In this document: piece after piece, positions 44,630 to 53,905 of the stretch
How positions within the stretch are numbered: position 1 is the stretch's first letter
How the letters are laid out: the number at the start of each line of letters is the position of its first letter
Source: an uncultured Candidatus Saccharibacteria bacterium
Lineage (GTDB): Bacteria > Patescibacteriota > Minisyncoccia > Phycocordibacterales > PALSA-1337
NCBI GenBank assembly: GCA_964357605.1
Contig: CAYHLX010000005.1
Coordinates: forward strand, 1-61,252
Length of the DNA stretch: 61,252 bases
Direction of reading: 5' to 3'
The notes under the pieces: model-generated
Database searches by the model: none
Told to the model about the DNA's origin: nothing
The model's input: only the letters and a program-made list of their open reading frames with translations
Translations under genes and position numbers: made by a program

Positions 44630-45625
44630 CTACACCCCAAAGTTTTTAATAGAATAGATTTCCTCATTCTCTTCCTTCACAATCTCTTCTTTTGGTCGGT
44701 CATCAACCAGGGCTTCTTCGTGAGAAACTTGGAGGGGTGTGGAATCAGAAATAGTAGTGGATGAATTGGCCTCACTGGTAAGCGCGACGTCGTGAGACAT
44801 CTTCTCTAGAATCGCTCTCACATCAGCCGTAGAGAAAAAGTTAATAGTAATTCTTCCCCCATTTTCAAACCGATCAATAGAAACTTTGGTACCTAGCACT
44901 TCTTTAAATTTCTTTTCCATTTCCATAATCTCCGGTTCTAAACTCCAATCCTTCTTGCGCACTCTATCGGTCGCGATCTTTCTCGCCACCGATTCTGTCT
45001 CTCTCACACTCATTCTTTTAGCGAGAATTTCTTTGAACAAAGTGAGCTGTTCCTCTGGTCGATCAGCCAGCATGAGAAGTGGTCTAGTATGTCCTTCAGA
45101 AATTTTTCCTTCAGAAACAGCATTGAGCATCTCTTCAGGCAAAGCCAAGATACGTAAAGTGTTGGAAACATACTCCCGACTTTTGCCAACTTTTTGCGCG
45201 ACCTGCACATGAGTCATGGCAAACTCTTTGACCAGACGATCAAAAGCGCGAGCTCGATCTACCGAATTGATATCTTCTCTCTGGAGGTTTTCGATAATAG
45301 CCAGTTCAAGTTTGAGACGATCATTTTCTTCACTATTTCTGATAAGGGCTGGAACTTGAGCCAGTCCCGCAATCTTTGAAGCCCGGAGACGTCTTTCTCC
45401 AGAAATCAGTTCGTATTCTACAGCCAGCCCTCCATCGGATTTTTCAAATTCCCGACGAGTGACCACGAGCGGCTGGAGAATTCCGTACATCCGGATGGAA
45501 TCGGCGAGATCGCGCAAACGAGCCTCATCAAATTCTCGACGGGGTTGATAAGGGTTGGGTTTGATTTTCTCTACTTCAATCCAAAAGATCGAATCGCTAA
45601 AATAGTGTGAGGGGTTATTGGCCAT
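44630..45625 (-). CDS. parB: ParB/Spo0J partition protein
   Basis: 331 aa; ILQPLVV and GERRLRA ParB-box motifs; HTH. Confidence 0.9.
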   Translation of the reverse strand: MANNPSHYFSDSIFWIEVEKIKPNPYQPRREFDEARLRDLADSIRMYGILQPLVVTRREFEKSDGGLAVEYELISGERRLRASKIAGLAQVPALIRNSEENDRLKLELAIIENLQREDINSVDRARAFDRLVKEFAMTHVQVAQKVGKSREYVSNTLRILALPEEMLNAVSEGKISEGHTRPLLMLADRPEEQLTLFKEILAKRMSVRETESVARKIATDRVRKKDWSLEPEIMEMEKKFKEVLGTKVSIDRFENGGRITINFFSTADVRAILEKMSHDVALTSEANSSTTISDSTPLQVSHEEALVDDRPKEEIVKEENEEIYSIKNFGV

Positions 45626-45685
45626 GCAGATATTTTACCATCAATTGATTTTATACAAAAATCTAGTAGAATAAAGCGAATGAAT

Positions 45686-45768
45686 GCCAAGGTGGCGTAA
45701 TGGCAGCCGCGCAGCACTCAAAATGCTGTGAGATTTATCTCGTGAGGGTTCGAGTCCCTCCCTTGGCA
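45686..45768 (+). tRNA. tRNA-Leu (CAA)
   Basis: Hand-folded: acceptor GCCAAGG/CCTTGGC, anticodon loop CUCAAAA, long variable arm, T arm GAGGG-UUCGAGU-CCCUC. Confidence 0.9.
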
Positions 45769-45785
45769 CACGTAATTTCAATAAT

Positions 45786-46481
45786 ATGGTAAGTAGATAT
45801 AAATCTAAAAGATTAGTTAGTTTGAGTTGGTCACCTAACCTAGCCTATGCCGTAGGGTTAATTACCACAGATGGGTGTCTTTCTTCAGACAAAAGACATA
45901 TAACTTTCACATCTAATGATTTAGAGCAAATCAGAAATATCAAATTGATTATGAAAATAAATGACAAAATCGGTATAACAAGTAATGAAAGGGGTGAATC
46001 TTTTAGAATAACATTCAGTAATGTTCAAATTTATGATTGGTTGATAGGTATAGGACTCATGCCTCACAAGTCTCTGATTATGAAAGAGATAGCTATACCG
46101 GATGAGTACTTTGTTGATTTTTTAAGAGGACATCTAGATGGCGATGGGTCTATTACTACATATATAGATCATTACAATTCCATAAAAAATCCTACGTATG
46201 TATATAAAAGAATCTTCGTTAGATTTATTTCGGCCAGCGAAAAACATATTCTGTGGCTCCACGGTAAAATCAAGAAAATATTAGGGGTTCATGGTGCCGT
46301 TCATAAAAGCAAAGTTATGTCTGGGAAAAACCCCATGTACATCATAAAATTTGCCAAAAAAGAATCTTTGATTCTATTATCAAAAATATATTATTCAGAT
46401 ACTATTCCCTGTTTATCAAGAAAGAAAATAAAGTACGAAAATTTTATCAACAACATAGAACCCAAGACATGTTATGATTAG
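45786..46481 (+). CDS. free-standing LAGLIDADG homing endonuclease (two-motif)
   Basis: 231 aa; LAYAVGLITTDGC and FLRGHLDGDGS motifs; begins 18 nt after tRNA-Leu. Confidence 0.8.
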   Translation: MVSRYKSKRLVSLSWSPNLAYAVGLITTDGCLSSDKRHITFTSNDLEQIRNIKLIMKINDKIGITSNERGESFRITFSNVQIYDWLIGIGLMPHKSLIMKEIAIPDEYFVDFLRGHLDGDGSITTYIDHYNSIKNPTYVYKRIFVRFISASEKHILWLHGKIKKILGVHGAVHKSKVMSGKNPMYIIKFAKKESLILLSKIYYSDTIPCLSRKKIKYENFINNIEPKTCYD

Positions 46482-46493
46482 TGTACTACTAAA

Positions 46494-48023
46494 ATGTATC
46501 ATAAACAGTTAGTTACTCACGTCACGACCAAACTTAGTGCCGGCGTGCCCAAGGAACAAATTCAAGCTGAACTGGTCTTGGATGGTTGGTCAACAGACGA
46601 TATCAAGGAGGCTTTTTATTATAGTGCCTATCCAGAAAAACTTAATCATTTTTCTCTCGTTAGAGTTCTACATTCAGAAGTACCGACAGCGGTTACTGTC
46701 ATTTTAATTACCTTGATAATTATCACTTTCGTCGTCTTGTTACCCATTCTAAAAACAACCACTTTAAACTACACTCTCAATCTTCCCCCAATCACAAAAA
46801 CAGATCAAGTGGCTTTTACCTACGGCGAGCAACCCGCTCTTTCTGATCCTAATTTTTTTAGATCAGTGAAGCAAAAATTTATTGATGATGGTGCTGATTT
46901 TATAGAAGCCGATCTATCGGCTATGACCATGCGCGTGTATAAAAAGGGTCAATTGGAGATTGAAGTACCGATTGATAGCAAGGGACGAGAAGGATCTTGG
47001 TGGGAAACCCCAGCTGGACTATATAAAGTTAACAACAAAGAAAAGGCTCATTTATCCGGTATGGCTCATGTGTGGATGCCTTGGAGTATGAACTTTCAGG
47101 GAAATTTCTATATTCACGGACGTACATATTATCCGGACGGAACACTGACCTCCAGAGAATTCACTGGTGGTTGTGTTCGTCTTACCACTGAAGATGCCGA
47201 AAAAGTCTACAATGCTGTTGAGGTAGGTACCCCGATTCTAGTTTTTGAACATAGTTTTTCTCCTGACAATTTCACCTACAAAAATGAGGTGGGACCGGCC
47301 TTGAAAGCACCAGTTTATTTATCCGCAGATTTACTTAATAATCATATCTTTACCACCAAAGAATCGACTAAGCCAGTTCCGATTGCTTCCATCACTAAAC
47401 TGATGACGGCTTTGATTGCTACAGAATACATCAACCTTGATAACATCGCGACGGTGCCTAAAGAAGCGATTATCTACACCTCAAAAGCTAGGTTGAAAGT
47501 TGGTGATCGGTATAGCATCTACCAACTGCTATTTCCCTTACTTATGGAATCGTCAAATGAAGCCGCTGAAACAATCGCTCGATATTATGGACGGACCAAT
47601 TTTATCAAATACATGAATAATAAAGCCAAATCTATCGGGATGTTAAATACAACTTTTGCTGATCCTTCTGGAGCCTCAGCTGAAAATGTCTCGACGGCTG
47701 AAGATTTATTTATGTTAGCTAAATATATTTACAACAATAGAAGCTTTGTTTTTAACATCACCTCAGGCAAGATCAAAAGTAGTGCTTACGGTTCAAATGT
47801 ATTCAATAACCTAACGAATCTCAATGATTTTGTGGATCATGAATTTTTCTTTGGTGGTAAAAATGGCAAGACCACGGCCGCCGCGGAAACCAATCTTTCT
47901 ATTTTTGAATTTACGACTGGTAATACTAAGCGGCCGATAGTTTCTATTGTGCTCGGTTCACAAAATGCTTTAAACGATTCTCAGATATTACTAGATTATA
48001 CTCTCAATAATTTTAGAAGGTAA
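46494..48023 (+). CDS. L,D-transpeptidase (YkuD) fused to a D,D-carboxypeptidase (S11)
   Basis: 509 aa; YIHG...TGGCVRL YkuD catalytic motif; then SITK (SxxK), SSNE (SxN) and KTT (KTG-like). Confidence 0.75.
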   Translation: MYHKQLVTHVTTKLSAGVPKEQIQAELVLDGWSTDDIKEAFYYSAYPEKLNHFSLVRVLHSEVPTAVTVILITLIIITFVVLLPILKTTTLNYTLNLPPITKTDQVAFTYGEQPALSDPNFFRSVKQKFIDDGADFIEADLSAMTMRVYKKGQLEIEVPIDSKGREGSWWETPAGLYKVNNKEKAHLSGMAHVWMPWSMNFQGNFYIHGRTYYPDGTLTSREFTGGCVRLTTEDAEKVYNAVEVGTPILVFEHSFSPDNFTYKNEVGPALKAPVYLSADLLNNHIFTTKESTKPVPIASITKLMTALIATEYINLDNIATVPKEAIIYTSKARLKVGDRYSIYQLLFPLLMESSNEAAETIARYYGRTNFIKYMNNKAKSIGMLNTTFADPSGASAENVSTAEDLFMLAKYIYNNRSFVFNITSGKIKSSAYGSNVFNNLTNLNDFVDHEFFFGGKNGKTTAAAETNLSIFEFTTGNTKRPIVSIVLGSQNALNDSQILLDYTLNNFRR

Positions 48024-48032
48024 GATTCTATA

Positions 48033-48072
48033 ATAAAAAGCACCCGAGCAAAGTTTGCTAACTCTGCTCGGG
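48033..48072 (-). terminator. hairpin terminator between convergent genes
   Basis: 8-bp stem CCCGAGCA/TGCTCGGG; U-run in minus sense. Confidence 0.55.
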
Positions 48073-48094
48073 CACTGTGTAATTTCAATTCGGA

Positions 48095-49267
48095 TTAGAT
48101 TTCGTCAAGAGCGGGTTTACCCTTCGGGCCGCCTCCTCCGCCACCACTGTTTTGTGGGTAACTGGAACGGTAGCTGTAGGCGCTGAAGCCTCGGAGCGGG
48201 TTATTGACCGCACCGATGAAGACTACCCTGTACGCCGCGTATCCAGTACTGTCGTCAACCCTGACATAATCACTATCTTCCTGCACCGACTCCTTGCTGA
48301 GGAGTGTTGATGTACCGTTCGGGTTCACGCCATGGACCTCGAGCACAGTTCCAGCTTGGAGGCTGTAACCATAAACAAGGACGTAGTCGCGGGGATTTTG
48401 GCCGGCGATGAGCATGACCTTGGCGGAGTATTGGAAACCACTGCGCTCCACGGTATGATTCATGCTCAAACTTTCGAAGCCATCCGATCGACCTTCCTCA
48501 GGAAGACTGAATTCACCGATGTCATCGGGAAGACCGATGTCCAAGCCGAAACCGCTGTCTGGCGTCGGGGGGTTTTCACTCGACGGCCCCTTGAATGGGA
48601 CCGTCGTAATCACCGTGTTGTCACGACGATCATAGATCACCCAGCTTTGCGGCGGACGAATCGGGTCATAGTCAGCGAAGAAAGTCTCGGTGTCTGTATT
48701 GTAGTAGCCACCGAAACGACCGTCGTCGCTTTGAATCCCTGTGTTCCACCGAGTGTGGTCCCCGGTGAAATCAAACGGCACGCTCTCCTGAACATAGTTC
48801 AAGGAAAGGGTGATGCTGATCTCATCTTCCGGGTACAACTTACTCTTGTAGAACCAACCACGCCTGGTTTCTTTGCCAGACAGGCTGTGTCCTTGAATGT
48901 TGAGTTGGAAGTCCACCACGTTACCATCCACATAAGCTGGAAATTCCAGCAGTGGGTATTCTGGATCGATCGGCAAATCCTTGCCGTTGACCGAGAACTG
49001 CGGGATCACCCAGCGACTGCCTTTCCGTTGCAACATGAATTCGCCGTAAACTTCCTTGGCGACGCCGTTGTTAACGGAGGTGAACCAATACCGTCCCTGA
49101 CCGTAATCCATCGCCGCCGTCGCAAAGACATTGGCAATGTGTTCGATGGTAGGTCCATTTTCAACCGGCACCGGTACAGGACCTGTGACAATGATTTGAG
49201 CAAAGGACGCGAGCTGGAAGCCGAGGGCGACCAGGGTACAAATGAGGAGTTTAATTTTCGTTTTCAT
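48095..49267 (-). CDS. secreted hypothetical protein (GC-rich islet)
   Basis: Start moved to MKTKIKLLICTLVALGFQLASFAQ (signal peptide; track ORF extends to 49432); C-terminal GGGGGG tract; no recognised domain. Confidence 0.55.
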   Translation of the reverse strand: MKTKIKLLICTLVALGFQLASFAQIIVTGPVPVPVENGPTIEHIANVFATAAMDYGQGRYWFTSVNNGVAKEVYGEFMLQRKGSRWVIPQFSVNGKDLPIDPEYPLLEFPAYVDGNVVDFQLNIQGHSLSGKETRRGWFYKSKLYPEDEISITLSLNYVQESVPFDFTGDHTRWNTGIQSDDGRFGGYYNTDTETFFADYDPIRPPQSWVIYDRRDNTVITTVPFKGPSSENPPTPDSGFGLDIGLPDDIGEFSLPEEGRSDGFESLSMNHTVERSGFQYSAKVMLIAGQNPRDYVLVYGYSLQAGTVLEVHGVNPNGTSTLLSKESVQEDSDYVRVDDSTGYAAYRVVFIGAVNNPLRGFSAYSYRSSYPQNSGGGGGGPKGKPALDEI

Positions 49268-49289
49268 ATGTCTTGAGTTTCCGAGTTTT

Positions 49290-49637
49290 TCAGTTTGTTT
49301 CCGACACCGACACCGCATTGTTGTTGTTTGTCCGACTGTTCTGGTATTGAACGCTGACCCTGTGGCCAGGCCCAATCCCAAATCCATTTTCCAGGAGAAT
49401 CCGGTTGCGTTCTTCACGCGCCGGATCACCACTCACCACCTCAGGCTGTTCCGGCAATGCCGGTTGCCCAGGGATGATCACCGTTTCCACCACTTCCGAA
49501 ACTACCGGCTCAGATTGTGACACCTGCTGCGCCGAAATTTCGGGTTGACTGTTTGCCTTGGTTCCAAAATAGACACCAAGAATGGTTATGCCGAGCGCCA
49601 CAATGGCCCCGGCCCATAAGGACGGTCTAATCTTCAT
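49290..49637 (-). CDS. membrane-anchored hypothetical protein (GC-rich islet)
   Basis: 115 aa; N-terminal TM WAGAIVALGITILGVYF; upstream partner of the 390-aa gene. Confidence 0.5.
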   Translation of the reverse strand: MKIRPSLWAGAIVALGITILGVYFGTKANSQPEISAQQVSQSEPVVSEVVETVIIPGQPALPEQPEVVSGDPAREERNRILLENGFGIGPGHRVSVQYQNSRTNNNNAVSVSETN

Positions 49638-49763
49638 AGTTTTGTTTAATCCGAATTGACAAAGAGCCTTTTTCCCAGGAGTTTTCCTGTAGGTGGAATA
49701 CTAGCACACTTTATATACTTTGTCAATTGCCTCTTGACGGGTTATGCCATACCATGTGGATGT

Positions 49764-50630
49764 ATGAAAATCCCGAAAATCAGACTTATTTGCATCGTTG
49801 GACCCACAGCTGTGGGAAAAAGCGACTTTGCCGTGGAATATGCTCTAAAAAACAATGGAGAAATCATCTCCGCTGACTCTAGACAAGTCTACACGGGACT
49901 AGATATAGGTACCGGCAAGATTACCAAGATAGAAATGAAGGATGTTCCCCACCACCTTCTGGATGTCGTAGATCCAAAAGAACAATTCAATGTAGAGCAG
50001 TTCAAGACTCTAGCTCAAAAAGCGATTGGGGATATTTCCGCCCGAGGTAAACTTCCCATCATTTGTGGTGGTACCGGATTTTACATAGAAGCAGTGGTAG
50101 GAAATATTTCCTACCCAAATGTGCCGCATGATCAAAAATTAAGAAAAAAGCTAGACAACAAAAATACAGAGGAATTATTTAGGATATTAAGTGAAATTGA
50201 TCCTAAGTTTGCTCTATCACTCAACAATTCAGAAAAAAATAATAAACAAAGATTAGTAAGATTTATAGAAATCGGAAAAAAGCTAGGACAGATTCCCGCT
50301 GTCAATAAAAATGAATCTACTTATGATGTTGAGTGGATTGGTCTCATTGCTCCATCTAAAATCCTGAAAGAAAAGATTCGCAATAGATTGATCAGACGAA
50401 TTGACAATGGAATGATAGAAGAAGCCAAAAATTTACATGCCAATGGTCTGTCGTGGAAAAGAATGGAAGAACTAGGACTGGAGTATCGTCAGTTAGCACT
50501 TTTTTTACAAAATAAGATACCTTTAGAAAAAATGAAGGGATTACTAGAAACGGAAATCTGGCATTATGCCAAAAGACAGCTGGTCTGGTTCAAAAGAAAC
50601 AAAGACATAAACTGGATAGAAGTAAAATAA
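49764..50630 (+). CDS. miaA: tRNA dimethylallyltransferase
   Basis: Start chosen at MKIPKIRLICIVGPTAVGKS (P-loop); the track ORF begins at 49656. Confidence 0.9.
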   Translation: MKIPKIRLICIVGPTAVGKSDFAVEYALKNNGEIISADSRQVYTGLDIGTGKITKIEMKDVPHHLLDVVDPKEQFNVEQFKTLAQKAIGDISARGKLPIICGGTGFYIEAVVGNISYPNVPHDQKLRKKLDNKNTEELFRILSEIDPKFALSLNNSEKNNKQRLVRFIEIGKKLGQIPAVNKNESTYDVEWIGLIAPSKILKEKIRNRLIRRIDNGMIEEAKNLHANGLSWKRMEELGLEYRQLALFLQNKIPLEKMKGLLETEIWHYAKRQLVWFKRNKDINWIEVK

Positions 50631-50715
50631 AATTTTATTGACTTAGAATCAGCCGGTGATATGATCTGAGAGGACTTTTGTATCATGTCCAAAATCAACA
50701 AACCCAAAAACTCCT

Positions 50716-51183
50716 ATGAAAAAAACCGTCTTACTAGAGATGGTCAGAGATGAGAACAATCACCCCGAACCACTGCAGAGAGGGTTCAACACGGGGGCAT
50801 GGAAAAACATGGAGGATCCAATGGCCATCATTGCCTTGGCCGAAAAAGTCATCCCTTCCGGACCTAGGGCTCAAGAAATCGCGACGAAACTGCAGAAAAT
50901 GTTACCAAGCTTAGAGATGGAGGAACTGGTTCACATCTACAGATGGGCTACCATCAAATACAGGCGGGAGTTGATGGCTAGCTGTGAACAACAGCTTGTT
51001 GCTATGATTGAAGGCGTGAGTGATGAAACAGACGAGGTGCCAGATTGGATCATCACGTTCAGCTCCATCCAGTGTGTCCAGAACTTTGGAGAACAAGTCC
51101 GCTATGCGGCAATCGAAAAACTGAGTACGATTACCCATCACGTCTCCACCCAACTAGACTTCGTCGGCGACGACGGCCCGTAG
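50716..51183 (+). CDS. hypothetical acidic protein (GC-rich islet)
   Basis: 155-aa ORF followed by a CCTCG/CGAGG hairpin and T-run. Confidence 0.45.
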   Translation: MKKTVLLEMVRDENNHPEPLQRGFNTGAWKNMEDPMAIIALAEKVIPSGPRAQEIATKLQKMLPSLEMEELVHIYRWATIKYRRELMASCEQQLVAMIEGVSDETDEVPDWIITFSSIQCVQNFGEQVRYAAIEKLSTITHHVSTQLDFVGDDGP

Positions 51184-51286
51184 TCCTTTCTCAATCTGCA
51201 CCTCGAGCAATCGAGGGCAGTTTTTTATTTATTACATATTGTTGACAAAAGATATAAAAGCTGGTAGATTTTAATTAGATTAAGCT

Positions 51287-52075
51287 ATGAAAACATTGAC
51301 AACGGCTCGTGGTGGCATTGCCACACCGAGTCTCACCCCCAGTTCCATTTCCACCTTTCGGGTGGAGTGGGTTGGTGGGATGTGGTATCACCCATCCCAA
51401 GTGGATCTGCTTTCAGATCACCTAAAGGAGTCAGGTATCAGACTCCAAGTTCCCCACGCGGCTGAAAACGCCTTCAGTGGTAACCTCACGTTCAACCAAT
51501 TCGTCGATCAAAAGACGGAAAAAATTGAACGCCACGGAGTAGACACTTTTCTGATATGTCACTCCTACGGTATCCACGCAGCTGCGCGGATTGCCGAAAA
51601 AACATCCTTGGTAAAAGGAATTGTGAGCCTTGCCACTGGAGCTCACCTGGGTATCTGGACGAATCTGGAACCACGCGTCATTAGCTGGGATGTGATCAAA
51701 GCACTAGTGTGTGGAAAAACTTTCGATGTCCCTCACCAACACCAGGAGTTCCTCCGGGATGGTGCTCGTTGCAAGTTAGGTACAGCATCCGGAAAAGTCC
51801 TGAGGAAAGCGATATTTCCGTTTCTCCTCGGGTACAAAACCCCGATGCTCCGCTCTCTCAAGAGCCGGACTCATCTGATCATCCCCATGGATGACAGGTT
51901 GATCCCTCTGACGGTGGCGAAACAGATCGCCATCGAGCACGGGGCGGAAGCCTCGTCCTTCGTTCATGGCGGACACTTCGCCCATAGTGACCATCGGTTC
52001 AGCCGAGAAATCGGCAGGGCCGTAGCGTGGGTGGTTGGTTCGTGGATTGCTCCATATACCAACCACAGAAACTAA
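51287..52075 (+). CDS. alpha/beta hydrolase-fold protein (GC-rich islet)
   Basis: 262 aa; nucleophile-elbow-like CHSYGI; late HGGH; TTGACA-17-TAGATT promoter-like element at 51242-51270. Confidence 0.5.
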   Translation: MKTLTTARGGIATPSLTPSSISTFRVEWVGGMWYHPSQVDLLSDHLKESGIRLQVPHAAENAFSGNLTFNQFVDQKTEKIERHGVDTFLICHSYGIHAAARIAEKTSLVKGIVSLATGAHLGIWTNLEPRVISWDVIKALVCGKTFDVPHQHQEFLRDGARCKLGTASGKVLRKAIFPFLLGYKTPMLRSLKSRTHLIIPMDDRLIPLTVAKQIAIEHGAEASSFVHGGHFAHSDHRFSREIGRAVAWVVGSWIAPYTNHRN

Positions 52076-52102
52076 ATAATCGGGGTGCAGATTTCAAAGC
52101 GC

Positions 52103-52142
52103 ACGCTACTTACCTTCGGGTCTGTAGCGTGTTCTCTTTTTT
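52103..52142 (+). terminator. intrinsic terminator
   Basis: ACGCTAC/GTAGCGT stem followed by a TTCTCTTTTTT tail. Confidence 0.6.
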
Positions 52143-52158
52143 ATAAATCATTCTTACT

Positions 52159-52232
52159 TGGCGGGCGATCGAGGAATCGAACCCCGGACAGCTCTTTTGG
52201 AGAGAGCAGTTATGCCACTTAACTAATCGCCC
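52159..52232 (-). tRNA. tRNA-Trp (CCA), CCA end encoded
   Basis: Hand-folded: acceptor GGGCGAU/AUCGCCC, D arm GUUA/UAAC, anticodon loop CUCCAAA, T arm CGGGG-UUCGAUU-CCUCG. Confidence 0.9.
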
Positions 52233-52270
52233 TTTTTCAATGAGACTAATACTATCTCAGCTTTGAGCAT

Positions 52271-52296
52271 AAAGCAAAAAGGCCTCATGGCCTTTT
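52271..52296 (-). terminator. intrinsic terminator after rpmG
   Basis: AAAAGGCC-TCAT-GGCCTTTT hairpin with a U-run in minus sense. Confidence 0.6.
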
Positions 52297-52299
52297 GTC

Positions 52300-52455
52300 C
52301 TACTTCTTGGCTTCCTTGAAAACAATATGCTTGCGCAGAGCCTTGCTGTATTTCTTGAGTTCAATCTTTTTCTCGACAGTCTTCTTGTTCTTGCGAGTGA
52401 TGTAGATCTCTCCCGTTTCCTTATTTCTTAGAGTAATGAGTTTTTCTTGTGACAT
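52300..52455 (-). CDS. rpmG: 50S ribosomal protein L33
   Basis: Hand translation MSQEKLITLRNKETGEIYITRKNKKTVEKKIELKKYSKALRKHIVFKEAKK; matches the L33 pattern Y.T.KNK...LELKKY....KH..F.E.K; too short for the ORF track. Confidence 0.85.
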   Translation of the reverse strand: MSQEKLITLRNKETGEIYITRKNKKTVEKKIELKKYSKALRKHIVFKEAKK

Positions 52456-52571
52456 ATGATTAAAATTAGGTCCTGGTACTATAACCTAGAGCTTAGGAAA
52501 AAGCAACTTTAGCCAAAAGGAAAGGGCCATCCGAGATTTTCACTCAAAACGGCCCGATCTGCAACCTACAG

Positions 52572-52790
52572 TTAGGGATAAGATACATCCCCACTTCCTG
52601 TCTGCGAACCAGACTCAAATGTGATGTCATGGGGCAAATTTGTCGGCAACTGAAACGTTACCGAAGACCTTCCAACATCTGGGTCTAATTGATACTGACT
52701 CTTTTTCGCCTCCATCTGGAGAAGAAGGCATCCAACGAGTATAAACAGGACAAACAGGAGTGGTCCAAACTTTACCAGGTTTCTTTTCAT
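52572..52790 (-). CDS. small membrane-anchored hypothetical protein
   Basis: Start chosen at MKRNLVKFGPLLFVLFILVGCLL (the track ORF extends to 52823). Confidence 0.4.
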   Translation of the reverse strand: MKRNLVKFGPLLFVLFILVGCLLLQMEAKKSQYQLDPDVGRSSVTFQLPTNLPHDITFESGSQTGSGDVSYP

Positions 52791-52853
52791 AGTTTTGATA
52801 GGTGGTTGACCGTCACCGTCCACTCAATAGAATGACAACTATTACAACAAAAG

Positions 52854-53789
52854 TCAAGACAGCCCTATTCTCCAATCTTTGTATTCCTTCACCTCCCCTC
52901 TCTGAATCTGTTCATATTTCTTTGATAATTTTTCAGTAATTTTTCCGATCTTACCCCCGCCTATCATTCTCCTGTCAATAGAAAGAATGGGGGTAATGCG
53001 GGCTGAACTACCACAGACAAAAGCTTCCTCGGCTATATACATTTCACTTCTACTGACCGCCCTCTCGATAACTTCAATCTTCAAATCACGAGCAATCTTT
53101 ATCAAACTGTCTCTAGTAATCCCTTCTAAAATATCAAAATTAACACTAGGAGTAATGAGTTTACCATCTTTCACAAAAAATAAATTGGCCACCGTACCTT
53201 CGGTCACGTTCCCCTTTTGATCTAGAGCTATGGCGTCATCATAACCATTAACGATTGCTTCATTCTTCATCAAACTACTATTTACATATCCGCCATTAAC
53301 TTTAGCGCGAGCTGGAATAGCATTATCAGCGTTACGAACCCAACTGGAAACACAAACGTTAATTCCCGTCTTAGGTAAAATTTCCCCCATCGGATAAATA
53401 TAAGCACAAAGAGAATTCGGCAAACCACGAATCTTGGTCCCCGCTATCACTGCATCGACAAAAATAGAGACCCTGACCAAAGCGTCTTCAGTAAGATTAT
53501 TTTTCTTAATAAGCTCGAGAACCATTTTCTCAAATTTGTGGTAATTCCAAGACTTTTCAAAAGAATTGAAATCCATAATTTTAGCAGAATTCACCAATCT
53601 CTTATAATGATCCTCTAGACGAAAAATGTAAAGTTTCTTTTCTTTACTATTCCAGTTAAGACTAAAAACTGTATAGATCGCCAAACCATAAAGGACTGGG
53701 GAACTAGCAATACTCAAATTTGCACTAGAAAAAGAAACAAAGGAGTCACGAAAAAATACAGTGCTTTTTGAATAATCTAGACGACTCAT
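52854..53789 (-). CDS. class IV aminotransferase (branched-chain/D-amino-acid type)
   Basis: Start moved to MSRLDYS because the longer ORF would run through tRNA-Tyr; EGTVANLFFVKDGKLITP and GITRDS motifs. Confidence 0.8.
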   Translation of the reverse strand: MSRLDYSKSTVFFRDSFVSFSSANLSIASSPVLYGLAIYTVFSLNWNSKEKKLYIFRLEDHYKRLVNSAKIMDFNSFEKSWNYHKFEKMVLELIKKNNLTEDALVRVSIFVDAVIAGTKIRGLPNSLCAYIYPMGEILPKTGINVCVSSWVRNADNAIPARAKVNGGYVNSSLMKNEAIVNGYDDAIALDQKGNVTEGTVANLFFVKDGKLITPSVNFDILEGITRDSLIKIARDLKIEVIERAVSRSEMYIAEEAFVCGSSARITPILSIDRRMIGGGKIGKITEKLSKKYEQIQRGEVKEYKDWRIGLS

Positions 53790-53874
53790 GGTGCGCCGGG
53801 CTGGACTCGAACCAGCGATGCCCAAAGGGCCGGAGATTTACAGTCTCCTGGAATAGCCACTATCCGACCGGCGC
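53789..53874 (-). tRNA. tRNA-Tyr (GUA), long variable arm, CCA encoded
   Basis: Hand-folded: acceptor GCGCCGG/CCGGCGC, anticodon loop CUGUAAA, variable stem GCCC/GGGC, T arm GCUGG-UUCGAGU-CCAGC. Confidence 0.9.
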
Positions 53875-53905
53875 ATAAAAACTTACTGGTATGAGTCTAC
53901 CAGAT

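Noticed and set aside
48332-49276. 314-aa plus-strand ORF
   Set aside because: It is a shadow ORF antisense to the 390-aa secreted-protein gene in a GC-rich islet. It has no start context or signal, and the minus-strand frame has a signal peptide and a terminator.
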